Shown here: positions 49,501-57,132 of the stretch, piece by piece | How positions within the stretch are numbered: the first letter of the stretch is position 1 | Layout of the letters: every line of letters begins with the position of its first letter | Virus record (IMG/VR): IMGVR_UViG_3300020045_004441 | Location: 1 to 64,000 of that record | Strand: one strand, 5' to 3' | DNA from: a virus | Taxonomy: Duplodnaviria; Caudoviricetes | Length of the DNA stretch: 64,000 bases | Position numbers and translations under genes: made by a program | Notes under the pieces: model-generated | Seen by the model: the letters and a program-made list of their open reading frames with translations, nothing else | Told to the model about the DNA's origin: nothing | Databases searched by the model: none

Positions 49501-49790
49501 AGGAAACGTTCCTAATTAAGCTGCAATAGCAACCTCACGGAATAAATTGATAGTTTTGCCTGTTATGGCAATTAAATTCTACTCTAATCTACTAACATCG
49601 CTGTCAAAACCAGTCAGCCCCGTAAAACAATGAGTTATTGGTTCAATTAAATAAGTTATACTCATCCGTTCCATCTTTAACTCACTGTAAAACCGTACTA
49701 ACGCGACGGGTTAGCGCAACTCAATTGGCTTGAGCGAGTGGAGCTGAGGGGAATCGAACCCCTGTCCAAACAACTGTATAATTAGCATCA
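49478..49790 (-). ncRNA. ssrA: Circularly permuted two-piece tmRNA gene
   Basis: Acceptor piece (GGAC, T-arm AGGGG-TTCGATT-CCCCT, CAGCTCC-A, 49767-49739) lies upstream of the coding piece (GGGGCTGACTGGTTTTGACAGC from 49621). The acceptor stem has G3.U70. Tag ORF 49560-49516 is GKTINLFREVAIAA* after ATAACA. Confidence 0.9.
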
Positions 49791-49805
49791 AACGAATTTA
49801 ATTTG

Positions 49806-49885
49806 TACGCAGAGATGGATTTGAACCACCGATCTTTCCGTAGCCGTAGCCCGCCGGAGTGCTTTAACCGCTAAGCTATCTGCGA
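49806..49885 (-). tRNA. tRNA-like element with a 14-nt insert in place of the anticodon loop (no callable anticodon)
   Basis: Acceptor CGCAGA/TCTGCG, D-arm GCTT-AGCGGTTA-AAGC, T-arm GGTGG-TTCAAAT-CCATC; anticodon stem TCCG/CGGA enclosing GCGGGCTACGGCTA. Confidence 0.7.
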
Positions 49886-49892
49886 ATATTAA

Positions 49893-50138
49893 TTACACTT
49901 TAACCCCTCTAGTCCAAATTACTGACCAAATCTCAGTGCGTGTGGCTTTATCTAGTCCAGATTTAGCCAATACTCTTGATAATGTCAGTTTACGACCAGC
50001 CTTGCGACTGAATTGATCACCATGGCCACATTTAGCAATAGCAATATTTTCAGTGCCATTAACTGTTAATACACATGATGTAGTTTTATTTGGCACATCA
50101 TGATGCCAATCAATTTTAATGCTGTCAGTGATTTTCAT
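49893..50138 (-). CDS. Hypothetical protein
   Basis: 81 aa; AKCGHGDQFSRKAGRKL resembles a common phage family. Confidence 0.7.
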   Translation of the reverse strand: MKITDSIKIDWHHDVPNKTTSCVLTVNGTENIAIAKCGHGDQFSRKAGRKLTLSRVLAKSGLDKATRTEIWSVIWTRGVKV

Positions 50139-50158
50139 TTTGTTGTTTTATTAAAGTA

Positions 50159-50527
50159 TTAACTATAATTTTTCTCTAGAGTTCTTCTTCGTTCATAAAA
50201 ATCAGTTGAATTTTGTAGAATATCAGAATCTGTTTTGCTCATATAAAAATATGAATGAAATCTACCAAACCCATTTGGCCTTGAATTTACCATCCTATCA
50301 CCAAAATCACAAGTGCCAAGATCATAGTACATTTTTAAAGTGGCCCATCCATGGCTTCCACCTCCATGCTTATGATCCTGAAGCAATTTGCCACAACTAC
50401 ATTTATGTTCAAATAATTCTTTTAATGATGGTTGTTGTTTTAATCCAACACATGAAACTATTTTAACTTTCTTAATAATCTTTTTTATATTAAACAAAGA
50501 TATAATTTTACATAGCAATTTCTTCAT
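50159..50527 (-). CDS. Hypothetical protein
   Basis: 122-aa ORF. Confidence 0.5.
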   Translation of the reverse strand: MKKLLCKIISLFNIKKIIKKVKIVSCVGLKQQPSLKELFEHKCSCGKLLQDHKHGGGSHGWATLKMYYDLGTCDFGDRMVNSRPNGFGRFHSYFYMSKTDSDILQNSTDFYERRRTLEKNYS

Positions 50528-51092
50528 ATTTATTAATTTTAAAGCTAGCCCAATTTCTCAGACTAGCTTATTTGTAATAGCCTTGATTCGATACTATCAA
50601 GTCTTCAGTCATTCCTACTCTCTGACACTCTATTGCATTATTTTTCTGATGTTACTACAGATCCACACATTGGACATTTGATACCATTATAGTGAGATCC
50701 ACATGATGCACATTTATATTTCATATTAATATTGTTTTAAGTTAAATAATTACCTGTCCATTTCTAAGTGGAATATTAATAATTAAAAGAGGTCTTTTGC
50801 CATTCATGTGAATCCAAGAGAAACCAATATACTATTAAACATTCTAAAAATCAATATCTTACAACAAACAACGTCATCTTAGCATGACTATAATATCTAT
50901 GATTTCCTTACATTTCTGCGGAGTAAAGCTTTGAGAACTCCAATCATTTTTGATATTAATATTTATCTTCAGCAGGTAACTATTATATTTTTAAAAACTA
51001 CCAGAAGTCTTAACCTCTAAAACTCTGAACAATCTAATCAATTAACCACTAAAACTCTAAATCTATGAAAAATTGACTTCTGGTAGTATAAG

Positions 51093-51193
51093 TAGCAATG
51101 GTTGGAATCGAACCAACATTACCCAATCTTACTATTAACGCATATCTATTCACTCGAAAGTACAAGAGGCTATTAATAATTTACATCACCGCC
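51093..51193 (-). ncRNA. Non-canonical tRNA-shaped element
   Basis: T-arm GTTGG-TTCGATT-CCAAC, acceptor GGCGGTG/CATTGCT (3 G.U pairs), 9-bp central helix; no D-arm or anticodon loop. Confidence 0.4.
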
Positions 51194-51203
51194 ATTTTAT
51201 TGT

Positions 51204-51246
51204 AAAAAAGGATTGCAGCATATCATTATTGAAGTCTGCAATCCTT
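51204..51246 (-). terminator. Intrinsic terminator
   Basis: AAGGATTGCAG...CTGCAATCCTT followed by a T-tract. Confidence 0.65.
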
Positions 51247-51386
51247 AAATATTTATTATATTCTATGTTATATCTAATTGAATCTTATTATAATGCTAGT
51301 AGGGCATACCATACTTACGCTGAATAGTGTTACACAATGGTTGTCTTTTCAATAGACCTAACTTATGCTACGAGCTTCCTCTGAGT

Positions 51387-51465
51387 TGCCCGCAGTAGGA
51401 TTGAATACCTATATCGGATGGGTTGTGAGCCCTCTGCACTATTAGTCTATTATTCGACAGTTATA
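51387..51465 (-). pseudogene. Degenerate tRNA relic with initiator-like anticodon arm, anticodon CAC
   Basis: GGG-CTCACAA-CCC arm and a distorted T-arm; the acceptor stem does not pair. Confidence 0.3.
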
Positions 51466-51557
51466 GAATACCTATAATATTTATTTATTAAATCTATTTG
51501 TTTGTAATCTAAGATAATTTAAGCCTTTTTATATCAATGCTTAGGATATTTTCATTA

Positions 51558-51986
51558 TTATGCTGGCACTTCAGATCCAACCGAGGTAGCAATAGCTTCA
51601 GCTTCAGTTGCTTCGCTTACAATTTCGCGAGTTGATGTAAGATTGCTCAAATGATCAACACCGCCAATTGCATCACGAGCCATCAGCTTGGCTTTCTCTT
51701 GAAGGATGTATGTATCCAACTGAGCTTCCTGGCTTAACACTTTATTTAAATCATCTGCAACAACACGACCAGTGGTTGTAATTGTCAGCGGAATTAACTC
51801 ATTGCGATTTGTGCTCAATGGACGAATACTGAAAAACAATGGCTCACCAGCCTCGTTGTTACGAAGATTTGCACCTTGAGCTGCTGCATATTTAGCCAAC
51901 TCTTCAACTGTACCTAACACTAGGTACACAAATACCATCAAACCACCAGCTTTGCGGTAGTAATTACTTAATTTTGCTTTTAACAT
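51558..51986 (-). CDS. Hypothetical early protein
   Basis: 142-aa ORF with strong phage-like codon usage. Confidence 0.75.
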   Translation of the reverse strand: MLKAKLSNYYRKAGGLMVFVYLVLGTVEELAKYAAAQGANLRNNEAGEPLFFSIRPLSTNRNELIPLTITTTGRVVADDLNKVLSQEAQLDTYILQEKAKLMARDAIGGVDHLSNLTSTREIVSEATEAEAIATSVGSEVPA

Positions 51987-52025
51987 TTTGTTTATTTATT
52001 AATTGTTTTTGTTTAAAACTTTAAC

Positions 52026-52202
52026 TCAATTCCAAGGTTTAATAATGAATATTACAACCAAGGCCATAAATGTGTATAATGGCCCACTAATGATTGCAAA
52101 TAATGTCTCTAATATATCAGCACCTTGCGAAGACTGATATATTTTATAGAGATTAAAGGCTCCAAATAAAAGCCATATTAATGCTATTATGTATATTGTC
52201 AT
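52026..52202 (-). CDS. Small two-TM membrane protein (58 aa, not in track)
   Basis: MTIYIIALIWLLFG...; ATGA overlap with the upstream micro-ORF. Confidence 0.6.
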   Translation of the reverse strand: MTIYIIALIWLLFGAFNLYKIYQSSQGADILETLFAIISGPLYTFMALVVIFIIKPWN

Positions 52203-52351
52203 GATTTAGTGTTATGTATAAAGTTTAAGAAAACTCCAAGCAATATCAATTCTGCCAATGCAGACACATAAGCTTGGTGATAAATCAGAATAGCCATACA
52301 TATAGACATAAATACGCCAATAATCAAAGCTAATCTGATTTTAGTTTTCAT
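52199..52351 (-). CDS. Small two-TM membrane protein (50 aa, not in track)
   Basis: MKTKIRLALIIGVFM...; ATGA overlaps on both sides. Confidence 0.6.
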   Translation of the reverse strand: MKTKIRLALIIGVFMSICMAILIYHQAYVSALAELILLGVFLNFIHNTKS

Positions 52352-52500
52352 ACTCGCTGTGATTTAATTGCTTGAACTTTACGATAGCCAAAGAAGGCTA
52401 AAATTGACTTATTTGCCTGAGATTTTGAAGTGGCAAATGTATCATACTCTATTGCAGTCTTATCTGATAAGCATACAATTGTGTGAAATTTAACTGACAT
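52348..52500 (-). CDS. Micro-protein (50 aa, not in track)
   Basis: MSVKFHTIVCLSDK...; ATGA overlap. Confidence 0.55.
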   Translation of the reverse strand: MSVKFHTIVCLSDKTAIEYDTFATSKSQANKSILAFFGYRKVQAIKSQRV

Positions 52501-52511
52501 TTAATTTGTGT

Positions 52512-52613
52512 TTAATAATCGTAATCACTACCACCATTAACCCCGTGATTGTCATCTGTGATGATATCGAAATCATCATCTAATGTGCTCTGAATTACTG
52601 TAAGTTTTTTCAT
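52512..52613 (-). CDS. Acidic micro-protein (33 aa, not in track)
   Basis: MKKLTVIQSTLDDDFDIITDDNHGVNGGSDYDY. Confidence 0.4.
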   Translation of the reverse strand: MKKLTVIQSTLDDDFDIITDDNHGVNGGSDYDY

Positions 52614-52659
52614 ATTGTTATTTAATTAAGTTTAATTGATAAGACTGGCTTGGTTGCCA

Positions 52660-52860
52660 CTATCCACATATTAAATGTGCTACAGTACCAGTCCTTGAGG
52701 CTCTTGTATTACTAGTAATATTGTTAACAACTAATAGTCTGACTATACAGGAACACTGAGTTACCAGACAGTACTTTAAGTTAATCCTATAGCTTAGGTA
52801 GTAACAGATGTGGATAGTATTAGTTGTTATATTATAACTCCAATGAGATTTCGTACTCAT
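52660..52860 (-). CDS. Hypothetical protein
   Basis: 66-aa ORF. Confidence 0.35.
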   Translation of the reverse strand: MSTKSHWSYNITTNTIHICYYLSYRINLKYCLVTQCSCIVRLLVVNNITSNTRASRTGTVAHLICG

Positions 52861-53261
52861 ATCTTCTAGCGGTTAGCAATCTGTCCTGTGAATATTAGAC
52901 GATGGAGCAATATTTTAATAAATACAACCAGCTTGAGATCCATAACTTTCATTAAAGATAGCTGGCTGCATTATTTGTGTGTTATCGTGGCATTAGATTG
53001 CCTGTCCTAAAACTTTAAGGTAAAGGCATAAACCAATCAGCGAAGATTACTCCAAACGTGATGATAATAGCACCGATAACAATTGCACATGTGTATCTTA
53101 GAAAGCGTTTCATATAAAGCTTTTAAGTTGATGTAATACTATTAATTGCGTAATCCAATCATATCTAGCTCTAATGCGGTTATATTTAGCATGAGAATAG
53201 TGTTGAAGGGAAATTATAGCAAGATGACAGGTTGAGATGGTTAGGGAAAGGTTAATTAAGT

Positions 53262-53453
53262 TCATTTTGGTTGATTATTAACAATCTCCTTAATATAAAC
53301 CATCTCAATATCATACTCATCTAAGTCCATGAGACATGTTTGTCCAGAACTAAAATGTTTGCGAAATATGGGCAGTCTATCTCTAAGTGATATTTCTCGC
53401 CACCATTGCAAAGCTAAGCTTCGTTGATCTAATGTTAATGTTGAATTAGCCAT
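53262..53453 (-). CDS. Hypothetical early protein
   Basis: 63 aa; ALQWWREIS. Confidence 0.65.
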   Translation of the reverse strand: MANSTLTLDQRSLALQWWREISLRDRLPIFRKHFSSGQTCLMDLDEYDIEMVYIKEIVNNQPK

Positions 53454-53544
53454 AATTCTAGGTTGTATAAATTGTTAATACTTGAGATAGGTGGAATATG
53501 AGGGTGTTAGGATAGTCTTATTCAATCACTCAATCATTCAATCA

Positions 53545-53763
53545 CTAATCATTACTAAGCGTCACTGAACCTTCGAAGTCTTTGAATGAATCTTCAATCC
53601 AGTCCTCTCTGTGATCGCCAATATAATATGATGCATTCTTAAGCCTAGCAACAACAACTCCGTCGCGTTTTGACTTAAACAAAACTACATGTGATGACGA
53701 TGCCATTAGTTTTGGAAATGACTTTGATTGAACATCTGATGTATTATTTACTATTGATTTCAT
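53545..53763 (-). CDS. Hypothetical early protein
   Basis: 72 aa; FPKLM...VVLF resembles a common phage family. Confidence 0.65.
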   Translation of the reverse strand: MKSIVNNTSDVQSKSFPKLMASSSHVVLFKSKRDGVVVARLKNASYYIGDHREDWIEDSFKDFEGSVTLSND

Positions 53764-54209
53764 AATTAGTTATTTATAAGTTTGGCATGATTATTGTTAC
53801 GCGCGCGTACATTATCATATAGATATATTTAGTGCAATGCTCCGTGAATACTAAGAGCATTGCTAATGTCTAATAAGCCACATAGTCTCCTAGAGTCAAT
53901 GTGGTAATAATGTAACTCATCGCATGGCGCAAGATTTAATTGTTAATATATTGGTGCTAAATAGCGTCAAACATATCCTTAGACGAACTTGATGTATGCG
54001 AATTTATGAAGCATACAACTAGGGAGTCTTATAAGAGTATTATTAATTGTTATTGCAATACAGGACTATATCCCCTAAATATATGGATATAGATATTAAT
54101 TATAATAGAAGCGAATATCTAGCTTAAACTCGTCGGCCCGCAGATCATCTGCACTTAGTTTAATTTAATGCCACTAGTATATATATCGACAACTAGTATT
54201 CACTTAATA

Positions 54210-54350
54210 TTAATTCAAGGCTCGATTCTTCCGATGCCCTGGCAATCCAGCTTTAGCATATGGTGTAACCTTAGCTACCTTAGTGCTACTGAATAACTCT
54301 GACTGTACTCCAGCCATAATACGCTTGATTCTACGTGATTGTGATTGCAT
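54210..54350 (-). CDS. Basic micro-protein (46 aa, not in track)
   Basis: MQSQSRRIKRIMAGVQSELFSSTKVAKVTPYAKAGLPGHRKNRALN. Confidence 0.45.
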   Translation of the reverse strand: MQSQSRRIKRIMAGVQSELFSSTKVAKVTPYAKAGLPGHRKNRALN

Positions 54351-54536
54351 GATATAAATCTTTAGGTATTAATAAATAATGTCTATAATGGCTTGGTATT
54401 GTAATAATACAGGCTGCTGCAATGGCTTAATGGCGCTATTATAGTGGTTAGCTAGCCGATAGCATTTAAGTGCGGTAATCACACCTGTAATATTATATCT
54501 ATATACAGCACCTTGGTATATATAGATTATTATGTC

Positions 54537-54602
54537 CAACATTGGCACATCAACGACTGTTGATATTTAATTATACGATAGCAACCGTATTAACCAATGT
54601 TG
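54537..54602 (-). repeat. Structured repeat, copy 1 (three-way junction)
   Basis: Imperfect direct repeat of 54971-55036 with nested inverted repeats. Confidence 0.85.
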
Positions 54603-54670
54603 ATCCAGAAATATTATAGAGCCCTCAAGGTGATCAGCATTACGCGTTATTCAAGGGCTCTATTTAATTC

Positions 54671-54934
54671 TTAGCAAGGAATTGCCCTTACATATTTAAC
54701 GTCAATGTTTTGGCCGTCTTTGTTGAATGAATACTCAACATCTTCAAAGCGAAGGTTGCGATCCATTTCAGTGCCAACGATGGCTGCATCAGGTGTTGTT
54801 TCAGACTGTATAACGAACTCTCTGCCTTGGCATATGCCAAACAAAGCGTCCATTACAATCTCTTGACAACGGATGTTAGAACCGCCTGTGCGAGTCTTAG
54901 AAGCTGCTACTTGTAATACTTTAAACTTAGTCAT
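54671..54934 (-). CDS. Hypothetical early protein between the two structured repeats
   Basis: 87-aa ORF. Confidence 0.7.
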   Translation of the reverse strand: MTKFKVLQVAASKTRTGGSNIRCQEIVMDALFGICQGREFVIQSETTPDAAIVGTEMDRNLRFEDVEYSFNKDGQNIDVKYVRAIPC

Positions 54935-54970
54935 GATTGTATGTTTTAGATTGTTAGAGTTCAGTTATGT

Positions 54971-55036
54971 CAACATAGGCACATCAACTACTGTTGATAT
55001 TTAATTATGCAATAGCAATTGCATTAACCTATGCTG
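54971..55036 (-). repeat. Structured repeat, copy 2 (three-way junction)
   Basis: 434 bp from copy 1; differences in the stems are compensatory. Confidence 0.85.
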
Positions 55037-55445
55037 ATCTAGTTAGATAGATACTAGTGGGTGCTAGACTTATGAGTTATCTTACTGCTAGCACACTGTA
55101 TCATTAGCTGTGTTGTGTTGATATATTATTGGCGCTAATCCCAACAAACAACATCCGTGACTATACGTGGTCGCACGACAAACCCCATGGACTTACAACA
55201 TCAGTAAACTGATGAATGCCAAGAGTTAGTGAAGGTGAAAGATCCCCTTGCTGGCAGCTGATGAGAGCGATAATCTCAAAGACCCAGGGGTGATGCCCAA
55301 AGCGATAACGATGAGGGGGATCAGTGTGGTATTATCCCATCCTCTCATTAATATCCAAATTTTCAGAATTTTTATTATAAAATTTTTCAACTAAATTTTT
55401 AGTCATCTGACTATGTTTATAGTCAATTAGCCATGCTAAGATAGA

Positions 55446-55477
55446 TTTGGTAGTGTCAAAATAATGTTGTATATTTG
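55446..55477 (+). promoter_or_regulatory. Bacteroidetes-type promoter opening the plus-strand block
   Basis: TTTG-N20-TATATTTG. Confidence 0.75.
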
Positions 55478-55862
55478 TTGATTAATAGCGTGCTCTGCTG
55501 GGTATATTGCGTGCAAGACTTTCTCAGTAATTCACTCCGAGTGTTAAATCGTGTAGGAGTTAGACGTCGGGTTTCTATTAAGGCAAGTTGAGATTAACAG
55601 ATTGTCCCCGATAGAGCGAAAATGACCTTAAGGTGTTTAATAAAATTGATCGGGTGTTTGGGGCCATGAGTGATTGGTAAGGATTGACTCAAACCTAGTC
55701 TGATTCGTCAGATAGCAGGGATTAAATGATCGTTCTCGATTAGAATTTAGTAAATATTGTAAGGTTAAATCGGACTTTGGCAACACAGTCTCAAGGCGGT
55801 ACTTAGGTGGCGTATATGAGATGGGTTTGTCTGGATTGAATCATTAATTTAAATTATATAAT

Positions 55863-56426
55863 ATGGGTTATCAAAATTACAGTAGAGGTAGAGAAAAGAA
55901 AGCTAGAGTATCAAAGTCCATCACTAGGGATTCGATGTTATTATTTAGACAAGAAGGCATCAAAAAATTACTGGGTATGGTTACGTCAGCAGCAGTAAAG
56001 GATTTTATATTGCAGAACGTAAGTAGCAAGAAGGATGACATTATTAATCGTTTTAGGGTTAATGCTCCAGGACTAGTGCAAAGTGCGGAGGCAAATCGTA
56101 ATGGAAATATTATTAATGCAACTCCACAGGAAATGAAGATGAAGATTATCATGAAAGAGCTTGGGGTTGTATATGAATTTCAGAAGGTTTATTATACTGG
56201 GATGACATATTATATTGTAGACTTCTTTTTGCCACATTATAACGTCGTAGTTGAATTAGATGGATCACAGCATTACGATGGATTTGCTAGGGAATACGAT
56301 GCACTAAGAACCGAAAATCTATTATATCTACACAAAATTAATAGGGTTATTAGATTTGATAATAAGGAGTTGATTGTAGATACTGATATTAAATCTAAAC
56401 TAACTAAAGAACTTAATATTAAATAA
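55863..56426 (+). CDS. DUF559/Vsr-like endonuclease
   Basis: ATPQE, YIVDFF, VELDGSQH, YDALR, VIRFDN. Confidence 0.8.
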   Translation: MGYQNYSRGREKKARVSKSITRDSMLLFRQEGIKKLLGMVTSAAVKDFILQNVSSKKDDIINRFRVNAPGLVQSAEANRNGNIINATPQEMKMKIIMKELGVVYEFQKVYYTGMTYYIVDFFLPHYNVVVELDGSQHYDGFAREYDALRTENLLYLHKINRVIRFDNKELIVDTDIKSKLTKELNIK

Positions 56427-56427
56427 C

Positions 56428-56640
56428 ATGAACACTCCCGAACACTTTATGCTACCTGGGTTTGTTGCTTTAAATCAAGCTCGACAGAATTTTGAACAAG
56501 CTTTACCTTTATATATAGCCCGTAATGATGACAGCAAGGCCGACTCCTATAATGCCGACAATGTTAAACGTGCAATAAAACTATTATCTCAGGCTTACGA
56601 CGAAATTTCTGCAATCTGGGAAAATGACATTAATATATGA
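56428..56640 (+). CDS. Hypothetical protein
   Basis: 70-aa ORF. Confidence 0.55.
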   Translation: MNTPEHFMLPGFVALNQARQNFEQALPLYIARNDDSKADSYNADNVKRAIKLLSQAYDEISAIWENDINI

Positions 56641-56783
56641 CAATAGACAACTATTACGACAATCTCGATATAGATTCTACTATTATCTGGGAATGTAAAG
56701 ATTGGCAAATAAATTATTGATTTTACTTTTATATTCAGATTATTGTTTGTACCTTTGCAACAGAAACTAATAAAGAATATTAT

Positions 56784-56966
56784 ATGGAGACTAATGCAAA
56801 GGTTAAGTTTGAGAATGATCAGGATTTTACAGATGGTGTTATTTCAATGGGTAATATGCTAGAGACATGGCAGAAAACCTCAGATGAAGGTTATAAACGA
56901 GAGTTTACGCTAACACCAAATAGAGAGAGTTTATCTCTAGAGATTTTATTGAAAGTTACTAAATAG
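56784..56966 (+). CDS. Hypothetical protein
   Basis: 60 aa, downstream of a TACCTTTG box at 56750-56757. Confidence 0.6.
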   Translation: METNAKVKFENDQDFTDGVISMGNMLETWQKTSDEGYKREFTLTPNRESLSLEILLKVTK

Positions 56967-57025
56967 ACCTCCCACCTATCTAGATAGTATACTGTGATTC
57001 GGCAACTTACGATAGCAGTTTGATC

Positions 57026-57056
57026 CCTGGCAGATATTCTGTTGGGGATTTTTTAT
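57026..57056 (+). terminator. Intrinsic terminator
   Basis: ATCCCTGGCAGA-TAT-TCTGTTGGGGAT followed by TTTTT. Confidence 0.7.
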
Positions 57057-57132
57057 TAAAGATAATTAACAAATTTGTATTTTAATATAAATATAGTATG
57101 TATCTTTGTATTAAATATTTAATAATAAAAGT

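Noticed and set aside
53523-53552. Short tandem repeat (CAATCA[C/T]T)n
   Set aside because: About four degenerate units in AT-rich DNA at an ORF end; likely slippage with no further support.
54537-55036. CRISPR mini-array or transposon ends
   Set aside because: There are only two ~66-bp copies, separated by 434 bp containing an ORF; no cas or transposase gene is present.
55195-55330. Hammerhead ribozyme (two CTGATGA motifs, a GAAA and a GATCCCC/GGGGATC stem)
   Set aside because: The first CTGATG is half of a simple palindrome and has no proper stem II. The second is followed by CTC-AAAG rather than C-GAAA, and no U-H cleavage triplet closes stem III.
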